Made by a program: the position numbers and the translations under genes. DNA of 64,000 nt from Chlamydia trachomatis (GTDB lineage Bacteria; Chlamydiota; Chlamydiia; Chlamydiales; 2-12-FULL-49-11): the NCBI GenBank assembly GCA_945872565.1, contig CAMBZN010000002.1:71556-135555 (forward strand), given 5' to 3'. The notes under the pieces were generated by a model. It searched no databases. It was not told the origin of the DNA and was given only the letters and a program-made list of their open reading frames with translations. This document shows, piece after piece, positions 9,513 to 17,997 of this stretch. How positions within the stretch are numbered: the first letter of the stretch is position 1; each line of letters begins with the position of its first letter.

Positions 9513-10115
9513 ATGAAGCAAAATTTTCTCCTTCCCGTGCTCATCTCGCTTTTACACATCCCCATTCTTTTTATCACTATTGGAAGGGGCCCTCTACCGG
9601 AAGTGCCGAAAAAAAAGATCCGGGTCACTACCATTTGCCTTCTTGAGAACCCCCTGCCTAAAGCTGTGGAGCACTCGGTTCAAACGATCTCCCCGCCAAA
9701 AAAAACCCCACCTTCACCCCCTTTGATAAAACCAAAAAAACGTGTTTCTAAAGAAAAATTGCAAAAGCAACTAAAGCAATCCATAGCAAAATCAAAATCA
9801 ACTCCAGTAGCAAAGGGGCAGCCCTTAAAAAAAATTGTAAAAAATGATGCAGGAAACGCCCAAAGGGAATACAATGATTACTTACACAGTATTTTTGAAA
9901 TTTTAAGTGACTCTCTTACCTTACCTGAACAAGGAAAAGTAAAACTTGCAATCACTGTAGGGGGAGATGGAAAGGTAGTAAAGATTGAAACTCTCTCTTC
10001 AAAGAGCGCTTTAAACTTAAGCTACCTTCAACAAAATGTAATCAACTTACAATTTCCAAAATACACAAAAAAAGAAGATAGAACCTTTACCATACTATTT
10101 AGTGATGAAAAATAA
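9513..10115 (+). CDS. TolA/TonB-like energy-transducer protein
   Basis: N-terminal TM, a Pro/Lys-rich linker ('PPKKTPPSPPLIKPKKR') and a small C-terminal TonB_C-like beta domain. Sits between tolR and tolB. Confidence 0.6.
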   Translation: MKQNFLLPVLISLLHIPILFITIGRGPLPEVPKKKIRVTTICLLENPLPKAVEHSVQTISPPKKTPPSPPLIKPKKRVSKEKLQKQLKQSIAKSKSTPVAKGQPLKKIVKNDAGNAQREYNDYLHSIFEILSDSLTLPEQGKVKLAITVGGDGKVVKIETLSSKSALNLSYLQQNVINLQFPKYTKKEDRTFTILFSDEK

Positions 10116-11451
10116 ACATTTTTTCCCCCTCCTTCTCCTTTTAACCATTAACTTGTTTTGCCAAGAGCTTGAAATCACCCTGCCTATTCAAAATAAGGAA
10201 CATACAGTATACATCGGAACCTGCAGAGATAACAATCAAGACCTTGCATCTCTTGTAAATTATGTACTAAATGAAGATTTTAAACTCGATGGTAGAGGCT
10301 TGATCTTTGAAAAAACAGCTGAATTTCTTACCTTAGAAAAAACACCAGATGAGAAATTTTATACAAATCCAATATGGAAACAAAATAGAATTGAGTATGT
10401 AATTATCCCCTCCCTAACTGAAGATAAAATCTCTTTTACTCTCTATAACGTAAAAACAGCGACCATGAAAACTCTTAACCCTGTCGAACTTACAAGAAAT
10501 AAAGACCAGCAAATACATACGCTACACAATTTTTCAGACTTTTTTATGACAGAGGTCTACGGAAGCGCTGGAATTGCCTCAAAAAAAGTTCTGTTTTCTT
10601 TTAAACCCTATAAAAAAGAGAGCGAAGGAGAGATCACCCATTGGAATGCTGAGATCTATCAAACAGATTCTCTTGGATTAACTAGTAAAAGGGTAACATT
10701 TGATAATAATTATTCAATCACTCCCGAATTTGTATCAGACCTATCAAAATCCCCTGACCATGAGTTTGTCTACGTAACATATAAACAAGGTCTACCGCAA
10801 ATCTATCAAGGCAACTTAAACGGAAAAGCCGGCAAAGCTTTGATCAGTCTTAGAGGAAACCAACTTCTTCCAAAAGTCTCCTATGATGGTAAATACATAT
10901 CCTTTGTTTCAGATGCATCTGGAAGATCTGACATTTTTATTCAAGAATTAGACAGCAACTTTAGCCCTGTGGGTAAACCCATACAAATCTATTCTGGCTT
11001 AGAACAAACCTCTGCATCACCCCACCTTAGCCCAGACAACAAATCGATGACATTTGTCACCAACAAGTCTGGAAAACCGATGAGTTATGTCGCTCATATT
11101 GAACAAACAATAAAATCAAGGCAAGCCCCTCAATTAGAATTGATTGAAACCCCTTGTGATGAGTGCACATCTCCCTCTTATTCACCCGATGGGAAATGGA
11201 TCACATTTTCTGGAAGCATCAACGGTAGAAGGCAAATTTGGCTATATGATACTAAGGCAAAAAAAGCCCATCAGCTCACCACAGGTGGCGAAGATAAAGA
11301 AAACCCCTCTTTTGGAAGTGACAGCAGACACATTGTCTACAACACCACTTTTCCAACCACCGATCTTTTCATACTAGAGATTGGACAACAAAAAATTAGA
11401 AGAATAACCAAGGGAACGGGCGACAAACATTACCCCTCCTTTGAGAAGTAA
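10102..11451 (+). CDS. tolB: TolB periplasmic beta-propeller protein
   Basis: Signal peptide. Repeated 'SP..SPDG/N' blades ('SPHLSPDNKSMTF', 'SPSYSPDGKWITF'). Confidence 0.85.
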   Translation: MMKNKHFFPLLLLLTINLFCQELEITLPIQNKEHTVYIGTCRDNNQDLASLVNYVLNEDFKLDGRGLIFEKTAEFLTLEKTPDEKFYTNPIWKQNRIEYVIIPSLTEDKISFTLYNVKTATMKTLNPVELTRNKDQQIHTLHNFSDFFMTEVYGSAGIASKKVLFSFKPYKKESEGEITHWNAEIYQTDSLGLTSKRVTFDNNYSITPEFVSDLSKSPDHEFVYVTYKQGLPQIYQGNLNGKAGKALISLRGNQLLPKVSYDGKYISFVSDASGRSDIFIQELDSNFSPVGKPIQIYSGLEQTSASPHLSPDNKSMTFVTNKSGKPMSYVAHIEQTIKSRQAPQLELIETPCDECTSPSYSPDGKWITFSGSINGRRQIWLYDTKAKKAHQLTTGGEDKENPSFGSDSRHIVYNTTFPTTDLFILEIGQQKIRRITKGTGDKHYPSFEK

Positions 11452-11460
11452 GGAAATATT

Positions 11461-12150
11461 ATGAAAAAAACACCTATTGTTTCATTGTTAAGTTTGCTCC
11501 TACTTACAGGGTGCACAAATACCATTGCACTATTTTCTCAACATGCTTCCAAATTCACTCGATTAATACAGACAAAAGTTGCACGGCTAATAGACCCAGA
11601 TGATCACCAGTCAAGACTCATTGTTAGTACAGCTGAATTTTATGGAAATCTTAACGATGAGTTTGTTCCACTAAACATCGATGAGTTTGATAGCATGAAC
11701 GTAAATCCTCCCATCCCCCAACCATTTCACACCCCAGGATCAGAAGGTAGTGTAGTTCCTGGAATTGATAGTTTTAGCATTCCAGGGGGACATCTTGCAG
11801 AACTGTTTAAACGAATTCATTTTAATACAGATCAATACACACCCTCCTCTCAAAATGATAAAATCCTCCTTCAGAAAATGGCTGCTTACTTAAAAAAACA
11901 TCCTAATACTTACGTATTTATTGAAGGACATTGCGATGAAAGGGGTTCTGAAGCATACAACCTCGCCCTTGGCACAAAGCGTTCAGGCACTGTGCGAAAT
12001 ATACTTATCAGCTATGGAGCGAATCCAAATCAGCTATACAGCATCTCCTACGGCAAAGAAAAGCCCCTTACCCTTGGTAAGTCAAAAGAAATCTATGCAA
12101 AAAACAGAAGAGCAAGCTTTAAGCTCTACTCAAAAGGAACCTCCAAATGA
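11461..12150 (+). CDS. pal: Peptidoglycan-associated lipoprotein Pal (OmpA-like C-terminal domain)
   Basis: Lipobox 'LLLTGC'. 'FIEGHCDERGSEAYNLALGTKRSGTVRNIL' OmpA_C motif. Confidence 0.9.
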   Translation: MKKTPIVSLLSLLLLTGCTNTIALFSQHASKFTRLIQTKVARLIDPDDHQSRLIVSTAEFYGNLNDEFVPLNIDEFDSMNVNPPIPQPFHTPGSEGSVVPGIDSFSIPGGHLAELFKRIHFNTDQYTPSSQNDKILLQKMAAYLKKHPNTYVFIEGHCDERGSEAYNLALGTKRSGTVRNILISYGANPNQLYSISYGKEKPLTLGKSKEIYAKNRRASFKLYSKGTSK

Positions 12151-12605
12151 AGCGTATCTTCCCTTCACTTGTAATCTGCACCCTTATTTTTTTACAAAGC
12201 TGCTACGGTAAAGCTTCCAAAGTCACCGCTTCGCAAAGTAGCGACCTTTTAATCCACCAGTTACGAGTAGAACTTGAAGAAATTAAACATCACATACACA
12301 CAACTGTGATGCAAATGAACATTCTAACCAACAAGATGGTCAATGCCGAAGACGTTCTTTTTGAACTTAAGCAACAAGATCTTATCACTCAAAAACAGGC
12401 CCTAGAAGTGAATTCCGATCGCCTTGTTCAAGCCGAAAAAAAACTTGAAGAAATTGTACACTCTAATGTTGCACAAAATTTAGCTTTTGCCTCCTTGGAA
12501 ACTGAAGTGAAAACTCACAAGAAATCTCTAGAACAGAATAAAAATAAAATTCAAGAAATGGAAAAACATTTCTTATCATTTTCTGAAAACCCACTTAAAA
12601 AATAG
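12147..12605 (+). CDS. Coiled-coil lipoprotein in the cpoB/ybgF position of the tol-pal operon
   Basis: Lipobox 'FLQSC'. The rest is predicted coiled coil. 4-nt overlap with pal. No TPR domain. Confidence 0.5.
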   Translation: MKRIFPSLVICTLIFLQSCYGKASKVTASQSSDLLIHQLRVELEEIKHHIHTTVMQMNILTNKMVNAEDVLFELKQQDLITQKQALEVNSDRLVQAEKKLEEIVHSNVAQNLAFASLETEVKTHKKSLEQNKNKIQEMEKHFLSFSENPLKK

Positions 12606-12742
12606 CTCGCTTCAATTCTACACCTGCATTTTTTCTTTTTCTCCCCCCCAAATTAAAATTGAAGTTATATAAAAAGCCTTGTAGATTAATCCATTATTGG
12701 TTAAAATGCTCTTCAAACTTATTTTCCCAAAAGGAACCGGAT

Positions 12743-13474
12743 ATGGTACAAAGAAAAAGAATATTATTAATCGAGGATGAGGAAGACATCGCTTCTCTTA
12801 TCAAACTACAAGCAGAAATCTCAGGATATCAACTTCATGTAGAAGTAGATGGAATCAACGGTCTTAGGGCTGTTGAGCGCGAAAAGCCAGACCTTGTCAT
12901 ACTAGACATCATGCTTCCTGGCCAAAATGGTTTTGATGTTTGTAGAAAAATTAAAGGAAATTCTGAGCTAAGAAACATCCCTTTAATCATTCTATCAGCA
13001 AAAAATGATGAGATAGACCTCCTATTAGGCTTAGAGCTAGGCGCTGATGATTACATCGAAAAACCCTTCTCTCCAAAAGTTCTTATGTCAAGAATCAAGG
13101 CCATTTTAAGACGAAATAGAGAATCAGAAAAAACCTCTAAAAATATTGTCTTTGGCGAATTCACCCTTGAAGTGGACCGCTACCTTTTAAGAAAAAATGA
13201 TAAAGTCATCCCAATCACCCTTTCAGAGTTTGGAATTTTAAAAAGATTACTTCAAAATAGAGGCAAAGTTCTCACAAGAAATCAACTTCTTGACGATATT
13301 CACAACGATGATTCTTTTGTTGTGGACAGAAACATCGATGTTCACATCGCTTCTGTAAGAAGAAAACTCGGACCAAATTTTAAATGGATTGATACTGTTC
13401 GCGGCATTGGATATAGATTCAAACTAGATCTTGCTGAAGAATCCGTTGATAGTGAAGAACTTGTAACTTCATAA
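12743..13474 (+). CDS. OmpR/PhoB-family response regulator (no cognate kinase nearby)
   Basis: Receiver motifs 'LLIEDEED', 'DLVILDIMLPG', 'ILSAK', 'EKPF', plus winged helix 'TVRGIGYRF'. I prefer the ATG at 12743 (RBS 'aaaaggaac') to the TTG at 12659 used by the ORF track. Confidence 0.85.
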   Translation: MVQRKRILLIEDEEDIASLIKLQAEISGYQLHVEVDGINGLRAVEREKPDLVILDIMLPGQNGFDVCRKIKGNSELRNIPLIILSAKNDEIDLLLGLELGADDYIEKPFSPKVLMSRIKAILRRNRESEKTSKNIVFGEFTLEVDRYLLRKNDKVIPITLSEFGILKRLLQNRGKVLTRNQLLDDIHNDDSFVVDRNIDVHIASVRRKLGPNFKWIDTVRGIGYRFKLDLAEESVDSEELVTS

Positions 13475-13485
13475 ATAAACGACCG

Positions 13486-13513
13486 CTAGAGGCCTGATTG
13501 TTCAAGCCTCTAG
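13486..13513 (+). terminator. Possible hairpin downstream of the response regulator gene
   Basis: Inverted repeat CTAGAGGC-N12-GCCTCTAG, but with no following T-run. Confidence 0.25.
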
Positions 13514-13593
13514 TAACAAGCAGAATTCTATTGTAAAGATTTCTTTAATTATATATGTGGAGTTTATGTATAATTAACGATATAGATTAACCG

Positions 13594-13965
13594 ATGAGAA
13601 TTTCTGTTTTTGCCATATTTTTCTTGAGTGTAGTGTTACACTCCTGTTCGAAAAATACAGAAACTTCTGTTTCAAAATCTCTCCAGCAGAGCAGCGGGCG
13701 TGAAATATCTGCAATAAAATTAAACCCTGATGATCTTTTAGTATTAGAACTTCATTACCCTGATCTTTTACAAAAACTTCTCATCCAAGAGGAGTTAACA
13801 GTAACTGATATTGTCATTCTTAATGAAATCGGAATCAAAGAGGACGTGCTAATTCATTTAATAAAATATACAAGTAGTAATTTCATGTTAACAGCATCTG
13901 ATGTTGTTACCCTGCAACTAGAAGGAGTTCCATATAGTGTAATCAATTTTATGATCGAGTCTTAA
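13594..13965 (+). CDS. Small putative lipoprotein, unknown function
   Basis: N-terminal 'FFLSVVLHSC' signal/lipobox-like. Two internal similar segments ('TVTDIVILNEIGIKEDVLIHLI' and 'TASDVVTLQLEGVPYSVINFMI'). Confidence 0.5.
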   Translation: MRISVFAIFFLSVVLHSCSKNTETSVSKSLQQSSGREISAIKLNPDDLLVLELHYPDLLQKLLIQEELTVTDIVILNEIGIKEDVLIHLIKYTSSNFMLTASDVVTLQLEGVPYSVINFMIES

Positions 13966-14059
13966 ACTTAACGACCCTCTTGGAAATTCACCTTGAGAAT
14001 ATGTATGGTTTTAGTTAAATATAAAATCTTAGTTCATCAAAAAATCACTTAATCTACTT

Positions 14060-15088
14060 ATGGCAACATTTTATCAAACATTTACTTCTGCATCCTCGCC
14101 GCCAAAGCTGTATACAAGCTTTGTTTCCAAGGCAAAAACAGCCTCACTTGCCAAGTTTAAAGTTCTTATGCATCAAAGTGCCTTCATGCATTTTTCTTTT
14201 CTCGTTTTTATCATGGTCCAAATGATTGTTACCTGCTCTCTTTTTTCCATCAACTTGTTCTCAATGTACACATCAACCTCTATTGCCTTGCTTTTTTTAA
14301 GTGTTGCCTCCTATTCTTTGATCGCATTTTACCAAAAGAATAGAAAATTAGATGCAATTGACTCTATTTGTAAAGAATTTCGCCATCATTGTTTTGTCAA
14401 TCTTTCCAAAAATATTGAAGAAAATGACAAACTTCATTTAGCCATTGCAGAGTGTGCTCGAGACTTGGCTGAAGCTTTACACACTCAAGAATTATTTTAC
14501 CTAACCATCCATCCTTTTAAATTCTCAAAAAAGCATATCATCTCTCATTTTCTCTATTTCCACTACAATGATATTGTCTATTTTCAAGAAAAGTTACTTC
14601 AACTCTCATTAGACCAACATGCAAATATTTTAGAAGATTGCGCCTGCAGTTTACAGTTTCATTCCTCTCTATCAAAAACCTATTCCACCCTTGCAACTTG
14701 TTATAAAAAACCCGATGGAAAGCACCTGGAAAAAGCTTTTAATTATTCTACCTTTTTGAAAAGAAACGAATTTTCCTCAGCTCTTGAAAAGTATTACCAT
14801 TTAGCCATTGAAGAGCTCAAAATTATTAGTGAAATTTGCGATGAAGAGTGCTGGGTTCATGCAGATTTAGCATCCTTATACTCATTTTTCGGCGATTTTG
14901 AAAAAGAAATGGAGCAGTATGAGATCTTAAGCGGTAAAATTTCTGATGATAAAGAAATCATGTACAAGCTTGGGATGTTATATTTTAGGCACCAAAAGAC
15001 TTCCAATGGGCTAAAAATTTACAATAAATTAAGAAAATTAGATGCATTATATGCCAAAAATCTTCTTTCCCATTATCATTTTTCGTAA
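14060..15088 (+). CDS. Membrane protein with an Inc-like bilobed hydrophobic domain and a TPR-like C-terminal region
   Basis: Two adjacent hydrophobic segments at residues ~42-66 and ~71-91. C-terminus is helical-repeat-like ('MYKLGMLYFRHQKTSNGLKIYNKL'). Confidence 0.55.
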   Translation: MATFYQTFTSASSPPKLYTSFVSKAKTASLAKFKVLMHQSAFMHFSFLVFIMVQMIVTCSLFSINLFSMYTSTSIALLFLSVASYSLIAFYQKNRKLDAIDSICKEFRHHCFVNLSKNIEENDKLHLAIAECARDLAEALHTQELFYLTIHPFKFSKKHIISHFLYFHYNDIVYFQEKLLQLSLDQHANILEDCACSLQFHSSLSKTYSTLATCYKKPDGKHLEKAFNYSTFLKRNEFSSALEKYYHLAIEELKIISEICDEECWVHADLASLYSFFGDFEKEMEQYEILSGKISDDKEIMYKLGMLYFRHQKTSNGLKIYNKLRKLDALYAKNLLSHYHFS

Positions 15089-15104
15089 AAAGTAAAAAAT
15101 TCAT

Positions 15105-15132
15105 TTGTCCTATAATATTTCCTTTGTATAAT
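15105..15132 (+). promoter_or_regulatory. Sigma-70/66-like promoter candidate for the 938-aa TPR gene
   Basis: TTGTCC-N16-TATAAT, ending 26 nt before the ATG at 15158, which has a GAGGA RBS. Confidence 0.35.
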
Positions 15133-15157
15133 CAGACACAAAAAATCTGAGGATACA

Positions 15158-17974
15158 ATGAGATATTTTGTTAGTTTTCCAAACATTAATAAGTGCTTTT
15201 CTTCCACATTCATCCTTTGCACCACCTCTTTCACTGCTATTTTTGGGGTTACTTCGTATGAAGCTACGACTAAAGAAGAAGGCTTTATGCTTCGAAGAAT
15301 TACTGAATTTTGGAAAGATCAAGACTATGAAACTGTAAAAAAAGAGATCTTAGGGTTCCTAAAAACTCATGAAAACAGCAAATTTTGCGACCAATTGCGT
15401 GGAAATTATGGTGATTTATTAATTCAAGAAGGAAATTATATTGAGGCTCTTGCCTCCTATCAAAAAATCAAGCATGCCTCTGTTGTTGAAACATTTCTCC
15501 TTAACCAAATGCAATGTTTTTACGAACTTGAGCAATATGACGAACTAATTTCTTATGGAATGCCCTACCTTACAAAGATGTCCAAAGAGTTACTTGAAAG
15601 AAAAGATGAGTTTTACTTCCTCATGGCAGAAGGGTATTTCAGAGCATCGCTTAAAATCAGCGCTATGGATAAAAAAAACACCTACCTAAATAAAGCGCTG
15701 CCCCTTTATGAGAAGATTTTAGACTCCTCTTTTAACGATCCGTGCATGTTTGCGCTAGCAGAAATCTACAGACTCCAATCTTCCAATGACAAAGCGCAAT
15801 CCTTTTTTGTAGAACTTTCAAAAAGACATCCAGCAAGAAAAGAAGAGCTACTATTCCATGCAGCCCTTGCCCAAGCTGAATTTGATAAATCTTTGGCAAT
15901 TACAACATTTTCCGAAATCATGAAGATGAAAGGGGAAAAGAGCAAGGATTCTGCCTTAAATAGATTGATTCTTTTTTTCCAAGAAGAAAGATACCAAGAA
16001 GTTGTTTCTCATTATTCAGAGGTTTTAAATCTTATTGAGGAGGAGAAAAAATCCACTTTAGAGTATATCATCGCAAGAAGCTATTTTGCTTTGAAATCTT
16101 ATGATAAAGCAAACCTCCACCTAGAAAAATTCTTAAGTGCCAATGAAGGGTCAAAAGAGGAGCGTCGAAATGCATTACTAATGCAGCTTTCTACAGCGCA
16201 ATTTTTGAAAAATGAAAAGTTATACAAAGATGCATTAGATGAACTTGAAATTGCCTTTCCAGATGACAAAGAGCTTTGTCAGGCAGTGTTTATCCATGCT
16301 ATGATGTTAAAAGAGCTTGGAAGGGCCTCTGAAGCAGAGTTTACCCTTGCTAAATTGATCGAGAATAAAACCATCTTTAAAGATGAGGAAGTGCTCTATC
16401 TTGAATATGGGCTTGTTGCTTACAACAACGACAACTGGGCTCTTTCTAGAAAGACCTTAAATGATTTTGTAAACAAATATACAACAAGCAATCACTCCCC
16501 CATTGCATGGAAGTATCTTCTCTCGTCTTCTTTGAATCTGCTCAAAGCAAATCAAGAGGGTAAGCAACGAGACTATTCTAAAGTTGAATTCTTAAATGAT
16601 TTGAATAAAATCATGGAACGCAGCGAAGTATTAGACACTGACGAGAAACTTGAATGTTTATTTCTACAAGGAAAACTTTGTTATGAATTAGAAAAGTATG
16701 ATGTTGCACTAGCTCACTTAAAAAAATTCATCTATGATCATTCTCAAAATGACCACATCGCTGAAGCTCATTTATTAACAGCCCTTTGTCACCATAAGTT
16801 AGGAAATTCTAATGATATGTTTTGTACTCATGCTGAAAAAGCACTATCACTAGATAAAAACTTAGCAAAAAAGGGAGCGTTACATTTAGAACTATTCAAT
16901 GTGTATCTTACCATCGCTAAAGATTCAGAAATGCACAAGGCTTTGATAGAAAAGGCACGTCTTCATCTTTACACTGCCCTATCTCTTGGGGAGAAAAACA
17001 TCAAAGTTGAAAATAGACTTTGGCTTGCTCATTCCTACCTATCTGATCTTTTTTCAGATGCACAAGTATTTTTCACCGATGGAGATGTCCCCGCTGATCT
17101 TGAGACATTCAACAGATCCTTTGCCCTATTTGAAGAAATTCTTCTTGATCCATCAACAGATGCCTTGGCTGGAATTTCTGCTGATCAAACATTTCTAGAA
17201 TGGGAAGTATTGAAATATGCTAATCTACTAGGGAGAAAAAAGGAAAGTCAAAAGAAAATTCGTGTATTAAGATCACTAATTGAGCAACAATCGCACAACC
17301 CTTCATGGAATTGGCAGGCTCGTCAAGAGGCATTATTTGAAATTGCTAAAACATACGAGCTAAGTGGCGACAATGAAAATGCAATAGATACCTATTCTTT
17401 TATCTCTACTTTGCAATCTAATAAAAAAACTTTTATTGAGGAATATGCAAAATTCAGCGCCATGCGGTTGAATTTTGACAGATTTCCACTTAATCAGAAA
17501 AATGAAAATAACAAGATGATTTTCACTATTTTAAGCACTCTCAAAGATACTCAGATACAAAAGAGCCCTGCCTCAGAGCCTTTACATTTAGAATCAGCAC
17601 TCGAATATGCAAAAATCAGAGGTCTTATTTCAAAAAATAAAGATCCTCATCTAAAATACCTATTCTTTTTAAACAGAATTACTGAAGATTTTACCAACAA
17701 CCAAGACCCTATGGTTGAAAAATATTCTCATCAAACACAAGAGAAGGAAAATTGCACCAAGCTTTTTGCTCAGTATATGAAGTTTATCGAAGCTGAGTCT
17801 TTAAGAATAGAGGCAATCATCAAAGTAAAAGATAACCATATCGCGCTAAGTGTAGACTTATCACAAAAAGCTAAACAACTCCTACTCTCTCTTAAAAAGG
17901 AAAAAGTAAGTGTGTACCTATCAAGAAGAATTGATGAGAGCTTAAATTTGGTAAAAAAAGGAACCCTTTTTTAA
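15158..17974 (+). CDS. Large (938 aa) all-helical TPR-repeat protein with a hydrophobic N-terminus
   Basis: Long uninterrupted ORF. Recurrent TPR-like A/Y/L spacing (e.g. 'GNYIEALASYQKI', 'YDKANLHLEKFL', 'YDVALAHLKKFI', 'NENAIDTYSFI'). N-terminal 'FILCTTSFTAIFGV'. Confidence 0.65.
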   Translation: MRYFVSFPNINKCFSSTFILCTTSFTAIFGVTSYEATTKEEGFMLRRITEFWKDQDYETVKKEILGFLKTHENSKFCDQLRGNYGDLLIQEGNYIEALASYQKIKHASVVETFLLNQMQCFYELEQYDELISYGMPYLTKMSKELLERKDEFYFLMAEGYFRASLKISAMDKKNTYLNKALPLYEKILDSSFNDPCMFALAEIYRLQSSNDKAQSFFVELSKRHPARKEELLFHAALAQAEFDKSLAITTFSEIMKMKGEKSKDSALNRLILFFQEERYQEVVSHYSEVLNLIEEEKKSTLEYIIARSYFALKSYDKANLHLEKFLSANEGSKEERRNALLMQLSTAQFLKNEKLYKDALDELEIAFPDDKELCQAVFIHAMMLKELGRASEAEFTLAKLIENKTIFKDEEVLYLEYGLVAYNNDNWALSRKTLNDFVNKYTTSNHSPIAWKYLLSSSLNLLKANQEGKQRDYSKVEFLNDLNKIMERSEVLDTDEKLECLFLQGKLCYELEKYDVALAHLKKFIYDHSQNDHIAEAHLLTALCHHKLGNSNDMFCTHAEKALSLDKNLAKKGALHLELFNVYLTIAKDSEMHKALIEKARLHLYTALSLGEKNIKVENRLWLAHSYLSDLFSDAQVFFTDGDVPADLETFNRSFALFEEILLDPSTDALAGISADQTFLEWEVLKYANLLGRKKESQKKIRVLRSLIEQQSHNPSWNWQARQEALFEIAKTYELSGDNENAIDTYSFISTLQSNKKTFIEEYAKFSAMRLNFDRFPLNQKNENNKMIFTILSTLKDTQIQKSPASEPLHLESALEYAKIRGLISKNKDPHLKYLFFLNRITEDFTNNQDPMVEKYSHQTQEKENCTKLFAQYMKFIEAESLRIEAIIKVKDNHIALSVDLSQKAKQLLLSLKKEKVSVYLSRRIDESLNLVKKGTLF

Positions 17975-17997
17975 AGGAAGGGTGGGTGTAGAGTACG

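Noticed and set aside
11921-12211. 96-aa plus-strand ORF overlapping pal (and 11144-11377 inside tolB)
   Set aside because: These are alternative frames of genes with clear Pal OmpA-like and TolB propeller motifs in the primary frame.
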